DNA of 64,000 nt from Octopus vulgaris (GCA_951406725.2 OX597823.1:51150001-51214000); one strand, 5' to 3'. Shown: positions 40,285 to 52,686, numbered from the stretch's first letter. Notes: generated by a model from the sequence alone, not told the origin. Numbers and translations are program-made.

Positions 40285-41050
40285 CGTTTTGGAAGCAGGT
40301 GAGAGTGATTTTGGACAAGTCAACATCAGGAGAGGAATCCTTTCAGGTTATTTATTGCTACTATTGCTGTTTATTGTTATCATGTTGCCACTAACTCTTG
40401 TTTTGAATATAAGAACTGGTTACAGAATGCAGAAGAACGTGAGACTAATTAACCATTTACTGTTCGTGGATGATCTTAAGATTTATAGGGATAGCAGAGA
40501 TCAACTTGACTCACTTCTTCAGATTGTACGAATTATCTCACAAGATATCTGAATGTTATTTAGTCTAGATACTTGCGCTGTGAAAGAAACGAGAATAATG
40601 AAAGTAGGCAGTAATGGAGTGGAATTTCCGGATGATAGGTGAATTGGTGAAGTGGACATAGGTATTAGTAACTTGGTATTTTACAGTTAGACCGGATTAT
40701 GAATACCATTATGAAAGACAAGTTCACATCAGAGTACATTAGAAGAGTGAAGAATTCCTGTTGATCTCTGCTGAATGGAGATGATCTGCTCAATGTCAAT
40801 AACATTTCAGCCGCAGACATGGTTCACTATGATGCAGGAGTTGTGGAAAAGACAATGGTCAACATGAACAGAACTAGAATGATAATGGCTATGCACGGAT
40901 GTCTTCATGCTAGAAGTAATGTAACAGGGATTTATCTACAAAGGGAGGAAGGACAAAATAGTTGATTGGAATAGAGGAAAGTGTTAAGAAGGAGATCAAA
41001 TCCTTGTATTTCTATCGTAGGGAGAATGATGAATACATGTTACACACGGC
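40285..41050 (+). pseudogene. R4/Dong-clade non-LTR reverse transcriptase remnant
   Basis: VNIRRGI..LLFIVIMLPL..INHLLFVDDLKIY..LDSLLQIVRIISQDI..EYIRRVK..MHGCLHARSNVTGIYL. Confidence 0.85.
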
Positions 41051-42372
41051 ATTTTGGTTCATATTGTTTCTACACCTAAAATAAAAATAAAAAACAAAAG
41101 AAAATCCTCTTCCGATGAATTCGTGTCGAACTCTTCGTATTACCTCATTTCAGAATCAGAGAGGCTTGAAGCGGAGGAAAAGAATGAAGGTGAGCGTGTG
41201 GTGATCAAAGCTACCTAAGATTTTTGCTCATCATCTTAATGCTCAACTGATCTTCACTAGTAAAGTCAATGCAATTTGAGGCCGTTCAGAGACCTAGAGA
41301 AATGAACTACATTTGTAGCATCAGCGAGATCTCAAACTAGTTTTGGAGGGCGGTCGATTCGATCTAGTTATGTACTAGACGTTTGTACGATGTGAGATAT
41401 GATATATTGTGATTTGGTCACACAACGTTTAATATGATATGACTACAATATGGAGCACATTGCTGTTTTTAGACTTTGGAAAGTCTTCTGAACTGTATTG
41501 AATTTCGTCCCTTTTTCAAACACCTAATGACATACCTTAACTTTTTCAGCCACTTCACGACTTCCACCTGCGTTAGGTTGTTTACATGTTTTGTTCTTGG
41601 TTGATGCACCTGTATACCATGCAGTGCTTCTACTTTTGTTCCCATCCATTTCCAATTGTTTGAGTATGTCTTTTAGATCCATACACACCTTTTGCTCCAC
41701 TCTGCAGGCTTTCTTCCCTTAGAGCGCCTATGATCCAGATGTTTGGAGATCTTTATGAACGAAACGAATTGGCTCCAGCTGATCTAGCATCATTTGCAGA
41801 TGGCAAAATAATAACCATGAGTCGTACTGTGTTCTGTCAATGGCAGTAACAACAGTATTGGCTTTGAGAAATACGCAGTTAAATTTGTTGTTGCTGCATA
41901 GTGTTGTTATTGTTGCTGCCACCTGGTTTCTCTTGGACGAAATTTGTGACAGCTACAGCGGTTGTAGTGGCTGCCTTGCGGATTGGGATAAGGGTGATTC
42001 TCACTCAAAGACATTCCAGTAGTCATTGACAGTATCTCTTCCAGCTATTCTCATGTGTTGGTCAGGTAACAAAACCTACACAATGTCCATGGTTTCTATT
42101 TGCTTTTTTTTTTAACAGAATGATTATGAGAAAAGTTTCAAAAACCCAATCGAGAAAAGTTTGAACTGACCACTCTGTTGCAGTTGTTTTCGATTATGCT
42201 AAAATGGCATAAACAGATATGTCAAAATAGGTACAAGAAGAATTCAAAATATCAAGAAAAGGTAAACTATTTTGAGGAAAACTTGAAGGTGATAAAAAGT
42301 TTTGCTCGCAAAGAAGATAACCACGACGTTGACGACGACAACAATAACAACAACGGCAATAACAATAATGAA

Positions 42373-42413
<41 letters not shown>

Positions 42414-42469
42414 TAACAATAATAATAATAATAATAGTAATTATTATTATTATTATTATTATTATTATT

Positions 42470-42700
42470 TCTTTTACTACCCACAAGGGGCTAAACATAG
42501 AGGGGACAAGCAAGGACAGACAAACGGATTAAGTCGATTATATCGACCCCAGTGCGTAACTGGTACTTAATTTATCGACCCCGAAAGGATGAAGGGCAAA
42601 GTCGACCTCGGCGGAATTTGAACTCAGAACGTAGCGACAGACGAAATACTGCTGAGCATTTGGCTCGGCGTGCTAACGTTTCTGTCAGCTCGCCGCCTTA
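42470..42700 (-). mobile_element. SINE family A (young, variant tail) within (TAA)n
   Basis: tatcgaccccgaaaggatgaagggcaaagtcgacctcggcggaatttgaactcag..gctcgccgcctt. Confidence 0.85.
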
Positions 42701-42717
42701 TAATAATAATAATAATT

Positions 42718-42775
<58 letters not shown>

Positions 42776-42782
42776 GCAATAA

Positions 42783-43314
42783 GCCAGGTTTGTCCATTGG
42801 ACATTTTGAAACAAGAGCAAAAGGTTGGTACGACCACAAACCTGAAGGCAACGTCGAAAATAGAAATGCAAAGATCCTATATGATTTTATGATTCAATGC
42901 GACCATGCGATAGAAAATAGGAATCCAGACACAGTCTTAACTGAGAAAGGAAACAAAGTATTCTGGATCATAGTTATAGCATGCCCAGCTGACAAGAAGT
43001 TATGCGATAAGGAAGAAAGAAAAGTCGAGAGATATGACAGGTTAGCTTGGGAAGTTAAGCAGTTGTGGTCGATGAAAAAGGTGGCTGTAGTACTAATAAT
43101 TGTCGAAGCAAAACTCTCGAGAAGTACGTGGAACAAATAGGGGCTGAAATAAGGGTGGAGAACTTGCAGAAAACAGTACTGCTTGGAACCGCTCGAATAC
43201 TCCGGAAGGTGCTCGAAAAATAAGAGGTGTTACCTTAGTTCACTGGTAGTGAATAGCAGACATCTCGAGCGTTAGAAGCTGCGCAAAGGCAATAATAATA
43301 ATAATAATAATAAT
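42783..43314 (+). mobile_element. 5'-truncated R4/Dong LINE: restriction-like endonuclease, 3' UTR and (TAA)n tail
   Basis: WYDHKPEGNVEN..ILYDFMIQCDHAIENRNPDTVL..IACPAD..KEERKVERY..LQKTVLLGTARILRKVL with stop at 43221-43223. (TAA)n on both flanks. Confidence 0.88.
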
Positions 43315-43680
43315 AACAAGAGCACCCAGAAAGCGCAAACTTCCGCCAGGGCAATCCAACGCCGTCTCAACGATTAGCCGGAGAGGATTTCTAAAATGAG
43401 AATATCTGAAATAAACTCGACTGCTCCCACAAATGAGAATACTAAAAATGAGCCCGCCCTCTCTCAAAAATTAAGTAAAAAAGCAAGAAAGGTAATTCAG
43501 AATCCTTGACCGGGACCAGATCGATCCCAAAATCTAACCAGTTCGTGCCAGTCACGAGTTCAAACATCCCTGAAAGTTTTATCCGAATCCATCCATCGGT
43601 TCTTGAGATATCTTGTCCACGGACAAACAAACAAACACGACTGAAACAATACCCCCGCCTTAGCGAAGGCGGAGGAAATA
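43315..43680 (-). mobile_element. Helentron-associated non-autonomous element (HINE/DINE-like)
   Basis: Minus strand has a 5' cctccgccttcgctaaggcgg hairpin, (GTTT)n, a 3' subTIR ggcggaag, a small stem-loop gcgctttctgggtgc, and TT-rich flanks. Confidence 0.7.
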
Positions 43681-43704
43681 ATAATAATAATAATAATAAT
43701 AATG

Positions 43705-44615
43705 CTTTCTGTGCAGGCCTGAAATTTTGCGAGGAGGGGACTAGTCGATTACATCAACCTTAGTGTTTCACTGGTACTTAATTTATTGACTCCGAAAGGA
43801 TGAAAGGCAAAGTCGACCTAGGCGGAATTTGAACTCAGAACATAAGGACGGACGAAATATTGTTAAGTATTTTGCCCAACGTGCTAACGATTCCGCCAGC
43901 TCGTCGCCTTAAATAATAATAATAATGATAATAATAATAATAATGATAATAATAATAATCTTTTCTGCAATAGGCATAAGACCAGAAGTTCGAGGGAGGG
44001 GGCTAGTGGAATACGTCAACCCCATTGCTCAACTAGTACTTAATAATGATAGTATTTTATAAAAAATTGACATAGCTCTTCACGAAAGTAAATAGGCAAT
44101 AAGAAGAGCGCGATGTGATTTGTAATAGATTGTCTATTTAATGGTTTGAACGGTATTTAATGGTGTGAACGATATTTCGTGTTTTCAAGCTCAAAAAGTT
44201 TCGATGAAAACAATTGCAGAAACACAAAAAATCAAAATACAAACGAGGAAATCCTGCGTGCATAATTTGATAGAATGACATCATGAGTTTTTCAATTTTG
44301 CAACTGGTAAAAGGAAAAAGAAAAGAAAAAGAAAAAGAAAAAAAAAGAAAAAAAGAATATTTAGTTGAACAGTTTTTGTGTAAATGTGGTGAAATAATGG
44401 TCACAAATTTTTGCCTCAAATTTTAGTCATTTTGGGGGAAGAGCCAGTCGATTAGATCGACCTCAGTACGCAACTGGTACTTAAATTTATCTACCCCGAA
44501 AGGATGAAAGGCAAAGTCGACCTCGGTGGAATTTGAACTCAGAACGTAACGGCAGACGAAATACGGCTACGCATTCCGCCCGGCGTGCTAACAATTCTGC
44601 GAGCTCGCCGCCTTA
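43705..44615 (-). mobile_element. Cluster of SINE family A copies (43705-43912, 43960-44042 partial, 44395-44615)
   Basis: Repeated gaaaggatgaaaggcaaagtcgacct..gaatttgaactcagaac separated by (TAA)n and AT-rich spacer. Confidence 0.85.
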
Positions 44616-45152
44616 ACGTGGTGAAATAATAATAATAATGATAATAATAATAATAATAATGATAATAATAATAATAACCTTCTTAATGTCAATCAGTAAT
44701 AATAATAACTACTGTGGTCGTTTCGTTGTAGTAAAATTTTTGAAAGCGGTGCCCCAGCATGGACACAGTCTGACAATTGTCTTGAACACAACGTAAATTT
44801 CTGGAAAAATTTCAGGCAATAATGTATAACAAAGCTGTTTTTTTTTTTTTATTATTGACAGCGTGCATTTATTGTGTCTTCCACTTACTTTCCGGACGAC
44901 AATTCCATTCTCGAGCTTTGGTAGAAGAAACCTTCCAAACGTTTTGAAGAGCTGAATTGTACGTAAGTCAATCATGACTACGAAGTAAATTAATTATTCG
45001 TTCTTGTATGTTCCATCTTTTTTTTTTCGGCTCCATTTTTCTCACTTGTTGCAATCATTGAACTGTGGCCATATTGGATGCAACGCCTTGAAAAAAAAAT
45101 TAGTCTAAGGAGTCGACTCCATTACTTACTTTCAGGTCTGATATTTATTACA

Positions 45153-45241
45153 GCCCGCGCTCTTATCCACGGGCATATGGCGTAGTGGTTAAGAGTGCAG
45201 GCTACTAACTCCAAGATTCCGAGTTCGATTCCAAGCAGTGA

Positions 45242-45283
<42 letters not shown>

Positions 45284-45430
45284 CAACAACATCGAAAAAT
45301 ACCTTAGGAATGAGAACCCAGGTTCTAAATTTCACCAAGACATCTGAAGAAGGCTGGAGGGTATATAAGCCGAAACGTTGTGTTAACAAACAAGATGAGG
45401 ACAAATATTCGTCGAATGTAAATAATGTAC
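45153..45430 (+). mobile_element. tRNA-headed, hammerhead-containing retroelement (candidate Penelope-dependent SINE)
   Basis: A box tggcgtagtgg (45178-45188), B box agttcgattcc (45222-45232), (TAA)n linker, hammerhead at 45339-45384, and direct repeat ttattaca at 45145-45152 and 45431-45438. Confidence 0.75.
45339..45384 (+). ncRNA. Minimal type I hammerhead ribozyme
   Basis: GACAU-CUGAAGA-A-GGCU-(12 nt)-AGCC-GAAA-CGUU-GUGUU. Stem I is 5 bp with two G-U pairs, stem II is 4 bp, and AACGUU is palindromic. Confidence 0.7.
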
Positions 45431-46556
45431 TTATTACATATTCTATTACCGGTTCTTTTGACGGACTGCTTAGTTATGGAAACGTAAACAAATCAACACC
45501 TGTTTTCAAGCGGTTTGTTGGGTACACACACGCATACACACAAAAATATATATGTATATATATATATATACTACGTGTCTCTGTACCAGCTTCCGTCTAC
45601 GGAATTCACTCAAAGTATTGGTCAGTCTGAGACTATAATAAGAGAACACTCGCTAAATGTGCCACGCAATGTGACTGAACCGGAAACCACATAGTTGCAT
45701 AGCGAGCTCCTTAACCACACAGCCATGCCGGGGCCTGTAGTCAACCATTGTAGACTCTGCGGTCGCAATGTGACACAATTTGTCAAATATTCACGTCACA
45801 TGTTATAGCTATTCCACCGATACATTCTGTAATTAATTCTGTTATAATTTATTTCAGTTATTCCTGTAATACAATGTAATTATTCCTGTTACAGTGTGCA
45901 ATTATTCCAATCAAAGGTCATAAACTGCAGCTAACCTTTTCACACTTTCAGGCTATTGTATTTACACCTTCTATTCAAGTAGCACGAGACTATCATAAAG
46001 GCTTGCTTTGTTTCTAGTAGCTACACGTTTTGTCAGTTATGAGTGTCGCTATGATAATGTTGCTAAGAAGTTCGCTTCGCAACTGGATGCATTGGGTCAA
46101 CTCAAGGCTATGATAGGGGACATACCTTGGAAGTGTGTCCTGTCATAGCTCCTAGTTGTTGAAAGTTTGTGCGTGAAATTTCTTACTGGAAGTGTGTAAA
46201 AAAACCCTAGGTAGTGCTTGATTAACCATGAAACAAAATAAGTACTTACTTCGGGCATTAGGTGAAGGTGGTGGTGGTGTGGGGTACACCTCAGAAATGG
46301 TAAATGGTTTGGGCACAAAAGAGATCACATTATACTTGCTTAGATAATATTCGAAATGACTTTTATGATCGGGAATATAATTTCGAAGTACTCATAGTGC
46401 CATAGTGAGTATCTGCTCAAAGACTTTGCAATTAAAAATAGTAGGACAAAACTTTTCATTAATAAATACAGTGGAGGTATACAAAACTCACCTCACTATT
46501 AGTTTTGATTCATTTTGAAAAATAAAAATATATTTTATGGTGTATTATTCTTTATG

Positions 46557-46932
46557 GGCGTAGGAGTGGTTGTGTGGTATGTAGCTTGCTTACGAACCAC
46601 ATGGTTCCGGGTTCAGTCCCACTGCGTGGCACCTTGGGCAGGTGTCTTCTACTATAACCTCGGGCCGACCAAAGCCTTGTAAGTGGATTTGGCAGACTGA
46701 AATTGAGAGAAGCCCGTCGTATATATGTATATGTATATGTATGTGTGTGTATATGTTTGTGTGCCTGTGTTTGTCCCCCCCCCACATCGCTTGACAACCG
46801 ATGCTGGTGTGTTTAAGAAACCGACAGAGTAAGTAGTAGGCTTACAAAGAATAAGTCCTGGGGTCGATTTGCTCGACTAAAAGGTGCTGCTCCAGCATGG
46901 CCACAGTCAAATGACTGAAATAAGCAAAAGAG
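46557..46932 (+). mobile_element. SINE family B, near full length
   Basis: ggcgtaggagtgg..ggttcagtcccactgcgtggcaccttgggcaggtgtctt..ccagcatggccacagtcaaatgactgaaa. Confidence 0.9.
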
Positions 46933-47114
46933 TATATTTTCAGTTATATATATATATATGGGGAGGTCCAAAATCTTTTAAGCGCTTAGGGGCCACTATG
47001 AGGCTTGATCAGGCCCTACACCTAGCAGATTTTTATGGCTGCTTAACACCACTCCCTGTCTATTGGGTGATCATTTAATAGAACTAAATTTTTTTTCATG
47101 CTTTTGAGTCAAGT

Positions 47115-47268
47115 CTCTGGTGGTTGTGTGGTAAGAATTTTGATTCCCACCATTTGATACCAGGTTGAAATCTACTGCGTGGCAATTTGGGCTTCTGCTA
47201 TAGCCTCGGGTCGACCAAATCCTTGTGAATATGTTAGGTAGGCGGAAACTGAAAGAAGCTCGGCGTGT

Positions 47269-47313
<45 letters not shown>

Positions 47314-47572
47314 ATAAATACACACACGCACGTATATATCTAGGTATGTATGTGTATATTTGTATACCACCACCGCGTGACAACCGGCGTTGGTGTGTTT
47401 ACGTCCCCGTAACAGCATTTCGGCAAAAATAACCGATAGAATAACAAGGTTTTTTTTTTTTTAAATGTGATAATAATAAATACTGGAGTCAATTCGTTCG
47501 GCTAAAATTCTTTAAGGTGGTGCTCCAGTATGGCCGCGGTCTAATGACTGAAACAGATTAAAGACAAAAGAT
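47115..47572 (+). mobile_element. SINE family B, degenerate
   Basis: Collinear with 46557-46932; internal (TA)n is expanded. Confidence 0.75.
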
Positions 47573-47959
47573 GATAGACCACGGTCTATAACATCGAATG
47601 CGTATTGTTTATTAACACACTAGGAATGGCTTTGACGGACACCAATTGTGAATATTAACAAGTTTAGCGACCACAATATTTATTAATTATAGTTTTAATT
47701 AAAACTTAGTGTTTCTGCACCTACATTATCCAGAATATTTGGATTTTTTTCAAGGAAGCCAAAGTGTGATTTAAGATAAATTTTGGCTACTATTTCTAGT
47801 AGATCCGGTGCCCACAATGACGCTCTCTCATTGGCTGATGTAATATCGTGTGTGCTAACTATTGTGTTAATTACTGGCTGTAACGTCATCATTAAAGTTG
47901 CTTCAGATTATTATCAATAAATAACATTGAAATATTAGGAGCAGCAACAATTTGATGTC

Positions 47960-48181
47960 CAGTGACGGGAATGATGATGGTGATGGTGGTACTGACAGTG
48001 GTGGCGGCAGTAGTGGTGCTGATGGCGGGGCAGTGGTGGGTGGTGGTCATGACGACGATGATGATGATGATGATAATGTTGCTGTTCATGATGATGATGA
48101 TGTTGATGTTGATGATGATGAAGATAAATATCACAGTGATGATTAATGATGAGGATGACGATGATTGATGTTGAAGATGGC

Positions 48182-48212
<31 letters not shown>

Positions 48213-48605
48213 TTAGTTGTGGTGGTAGTGTTGTTGTTGCTGGTGGTAGTGGTGGCGATGGTGGTCCTGATGCTGATGGTGTTGCTGCTGTTGCTGATGA
48301 TCTCGGTGATGGAATGACAATATTTATAATAACTATTGATGATCAGTATGTTGATAAAGACGCTGCGGCTGATGACGATGATAATGATGATGATGTTGAT
48401 GATGACGATGCCGATGATGATGATGATGACGATAATGATGCGAATGATGATGATGATGAAGGCGATGCCGATGATGATGATGATGATGATGGTGACGACG
48501 ATGATGATGTCAATGATGGTGATAACGTCGACGACGCCGACGACGATATCTCTTATAACATTCACAAAGATGATGCTGATGATGTCGATGATAGTAACAA
48601 CGAAT
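47960..48605 (+). repeat. (GAT/GGT/GAC)n compound tract
   Basis: Seen directly; source of the poly-D and poly-M ORFs. Confidence 0.95.
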
Positions 48606-48944
48606 AATTTGTGAAAATGATGGACACATAGGCTGACACAACAGAATTCATCATAAGAAATTGTGTGTATGTGTGTGTGTGGGGAGAGGGTAAGGTATTG
48701 AGATATGAAAACAATGTGGAGAAGACATTGGTCCACAGTGGTGGCGGTGGCGGTGACGGTGTCGTCATTGCATTAGTAGTGGAGAGAAGGGGGTACTTGT
48801 GTTGGAGCTGATGTAGTGTTGTTGATGATAGTAGAACTAGTAATAATGGTTGATGGCGGCGGATATTATAAATATTGATGTTATCAAAGATGAGATGTGA
48901 AATGTGTAGTGGATGCACAGTTACTTTGTGTGCATATATATACA

Positions 48945-49025
<81 letters not shown>

Positions 49026-50164
49026 ATATATATATATATATATATGCATGTATATATGTATGTGTGTTAATATATATACATGCATATATATATGTGTGTG
49101 TGTGTGTGTGTTTGTGCAACTATATTAGGGAATAGGGTATATGTATATAATACACATGCATACATACACATGTTTACATACATGTACATATGCGTATATG
49201 CTTCCCTTGGGGTGTGTGCACGTGTATATGTGTGTTTGTGCGCGTGTTTGTTTGTTTATGTATACACATTTATATATGTATATGAATATGTATGTATGTA
49301 TATATATATATATACATATATACGCATATATGCACACACACACATACAAAAGTATCTTTATGTGAATATGTTTCTATGTGTGCAAGTGAGAAATATGAAT
49401 GAAAGAGAGGAAGAGATTCATTGGGAAGAGAGAGAGAGAGAGAGAGAGAGTGAGTGTTGGGGCGTCGTCATTTAATAAGGAAATGAAGCCCTTAAATAAT
49501 TATCATTTCTCGAATTCTTATAAGAGATAAAATGTAGCTGAAGTAGTTATGTGCAAATAATACAACTTTGCTACCACTGTAGTCCAGCAGAGACCAATCC
49601 TTAGCAAGTTAACTAACATGTGCTGACGTCATCTCCAGTATTGTAATGAAGGTGTTGGCATCCGTAATGTGACGTAGTCGAAGGCGTGGAGAGTGATTTT
49701 TCCTCCATATTTCTGCATAATATTAAAAAAAAAATACACACCCACACACACATGTCATTTAAATAATTTCACTAACGAGGATTTATGTGAGGCGTTCGTT
49801 TTCAGACGATATTAGTGGTTGTTGTTGATATTTTTTATTGTTGCTGCTGTTCGTTTTGTTGTCGTCCTTGTTTGTGTTTGTTGTTGTTATTAGCATTATT
49901 CTCGTTGTTGGTTTTGTTTCTTGCAGTTGTGGTAGTGGTAATCGCGGTCGTGGTGATAGCATTCAGCTTCAAGATCGACCTTCGTTAAACAGATATGTGA
50001 TCAAACACATTCAGTCCTGTCCTTTTAAAGGCATAGTTTACGTAGGATTATATCACAAGTACATACATACCCTTCATTTCATCCAACTGTAGTATGTGTT
50101 CCCTGGAAGATTTTTGACAGCTGTTTCTAACCGAATCTAATAGTTTTAGTAAGAGATATCAACT

Positions 50165-51560
50165 CAATATCGCTTCTCTCCAGTTCCCCGTAACGTAACC
50201 TGTCCTTTAGTCTGTCCGTTCATCCAGCGTCCCATAATGCTATCGAAGGATGGGAACCTGCTTCTCCAGGTTCCGAGCTTCAGACTCAACGACTTTTTCT
50301 GGTAAATTTTTGCTTCAATTACTACTTCGCTTTCCCTTAGAGTAGTTCCGATCATCTCGATGTGTTTGGTGTCCGACTCTATTACGGTGACATCATTGAC
50401 ATACGCAAACACTGATCTTCCTCAATGCTCCACAAAACTTCCAAATTTTGCACCAATATTTCTAGAACAGTAGTTACAGAAAGGCAGATGTGGCAATCTT
50501 TCTAGCCCGAACGTATAGTAATGAACGGTTCCGACCTGTGGCCATTTACTCTGACCACCGAACAAATCTCGTTGTGCATTGCGTCGATTCACCTTCTGAA
50601 GACGGGCACGAAACCAGCCAGTAGACGTTGATGATCGACGCTATTGAAAGCTTTCGACCAATCTAAATGTATAAGGGCCCCAAACATTCTTTACCCCACA
50701 TGTCTATGATGCATCTCATGAGGTGGAGGTTGTTGAGGCAAGATCTGTTGGGTATGGTGCATGTGTGTACTTCACTTACTAGAGTATCGGTAAGTCAGTG
50801 CCAAACACTTAGCCAATACTTTGACCAAAATATTTAACTCTGCATCTAGCAGAGTTACGGGTCTGATGTCCTTAAAATTATGCCCCTGGTTCAGGTCCTT
50901 TCACGAAACGTGACCTCACTTCATTCCGAAAGACTGGGATTTTCCCTGTTTAACTGTCGGTTGCAGTAGAAATTTGCCTGAAATCATCGAAAAATTTTGG
51001 CATGTGAAGATAATGTTCGTATATCAGACGATCCAAATTCGGCGACTGCCCCCTCGTGTCACTATCCATCTCTTCCAGTATTTCATCAGCCTTTGGCAGA
51101 ATTCCATATCCGTATCCTAGATACACAGTAAGCGGTAAAATCTATCTCAATTTTTTTCCTGCCAATTGCAACGAACAGTTAAGTGAAGTGATTTCGAAAA
51201 TCCGCACAAAGCAGATTGGAATATATCACGCACCCTTTCAATTCGTCAAAGAGACCAACGTGTGGGTTTGCTGCGTTGCAACTCTGCCACCTGGGACCAT
51301 CGAATAAATTTGGTTTCCTGATGCTCTAGAACATGCACCCTTGTTCTGACAACACAAACTTCGTGCTTAGCGTTGAAGAATCGGTCAAGGGCCAAACCAG
51401 ACCGTCAGCATGTCATTCGTCCCGCCTTTCATAAGCGTCTTTTCTAGGTTCCTCTATGTGAAAGTTTCTGTCACTATCGCCTCTAATTTGATAACCCATT
51501 TTAGGGCTAAATATCATCGTTTATTGATAATTGCCTCTCTCAAAAAGTCCTGACGTAAAG
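50165..51560 (-). pseudogene. Tx1/L1-clade LINE ORF2 reverse transcriptase remnant
   Basis: IRPVTLLDAELNILVKVLAK, then GALIHLDWSKAFNSVDH, then FAYVNDVTVI..IEAKIYQKKSLSLKLGTW (decayed YADD). Confidence 0.8.
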
Positions 51561-51734
51561 CAAGTGTCAAGGGACTGCTTCACTTGTCACTTGATCGGGG
51601 GTCACTTCACTTACGGTGCTAATGCCTCAAAGAAAAGAAGGCACCGACTTCACGATATTAAAATTTGATCTTCATTAAACCTTGTAGTCCCACACCTACC
51701 TAAAAGAAATGATATTACACACACACATACATAC

Positions 51735-51950
51735 AAAGGTGGCAGAATCGTTGACACACCGGGCAAAATACTTAACGGCTTTTCGTCCTTCTTTTGAGTT
51801 CTGAATTCAAATACCACCGAGATCAACTTTGCCTTTCATCCTTTCGATTTGGGGTGGGGGCGATGAAATAAGTATAATTTGAGTATTTAGGTCGATGTAA
51901 TCGACAATCTTCCTCCCCGCCCACCAAATTTTAGAACTTGTGCTTATATC
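51735..51950 (+). mobile_element. SINE family A
   Basis: tggcagaatcgttgacacaccgggc..caactttgcctttcatcctttcg. Confidence 0.75.
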
Positions 51951-52347
51951 ACACGCGCGCGCGCATGCATTCATACATACATGTGTGTACGTGCGCGCGC
52001 GCTCGCGTTTGCATTAGTATCCGTTACGCTCTTGCATTCACTTGCACTTATTCTCTGGATGCACAGTTTTTCTTCTCAACAGTGGCATTATCTATTTTTT
52101 TTTTTATATCACGTAGGTTTTATGTGCGTGAATAGTTTTTGCCAACTCATTGCCATTCTTGGCAAATCTCAGTGTTCAGGTCCCTTGTTCAGGTCCTTTC
52201 ATGAAACGTGACCTCACTTCATTCCGAAAGACTGGGATTTTCCCTGTTTAGCTGTCGGTTGCAGTAGAAATTTGCCAGAAATCATCGAAAAATTTTGGCA
52301 TGTGAAGATAATGCGACACATTTTAGTGTTAAAAAAGGAAAAAAATA

Positions 52348-52505
52348 GGTGTGGGTGTGGTAAGAAGCTTACTTTCCAACTACATGATACCGGGTTCATT
52401 TGCAGAACGCGGCACCTCGGACGAGTGTCTGCTACTATAGCCGCGGGCCGATCAAAGCTTTGTGAGTGGGTTTGGTGGAGGGAAACTGAAAGAATCATGT
52501 CGTGT
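52348..52505 (+). mobile_element. SINE family B, 5' half (3' half probably at 53470-53670)
   Basis: gtgtggtaagaagctt..ctactatagccgcgggccgatcaaagctttgtgagtgg; tail motif gtgtttacgtcccc near 53500. Confidence 0.7.
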
Positions 52506-52539
52506 ATATATATACAGAAAGAGAGAGAGCGAGAGGAGA

Positions 52540-52640
52540 GAGTCGAAATTTACAGAAAAACAAAAGTGGAAGACAGGTGTATAAACAACAAGCAGGTATA
52601 TTAGTTTGGCGCTCGGGAAGGTGAGAAAGTATTTTACGTT

Positions 52641-52645
<5 letters not shown>
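52540..52645 (-). mobile_element. Family P-B relative carrying only the 3' half of the hammerhead
   Basis: Minus strand tcGAAACGTAaaatactttctcaccttcccgagcgccaaactaata, cut by (TA)n. Confidence 0.6.

Positions 52646-52686
<41 letters not shown>

Larger units (their letters stand above)
45040..45735 (-). mobile_element. Old SINE family B interrupted at 45153-45430
   Basis: Tail part 45040-45150 and remainder 45440-45735 are collinear with the intact copy at 56281-56700. Confidence 0.7.

Noticed and set aside
41525-41722. Minus-strand open frame (GKKACRVEQ...GGSREVAEKVK) ending in aag|gtatgt as a host exon
   Set aside because: There is no good acceptor, and GGSREVAEK resembles RTE-type LINE RT segments. 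More likely a decayed LINE fragment; unresolved.
45171-45246. Genuine tRNA gene
   Set aside because: A and B boxes are present but the acceptor stem does not pair and there is no oligo-T terminator. It is treated as a SINE head, as are the heads near 30000-30072 and 31125-31198.
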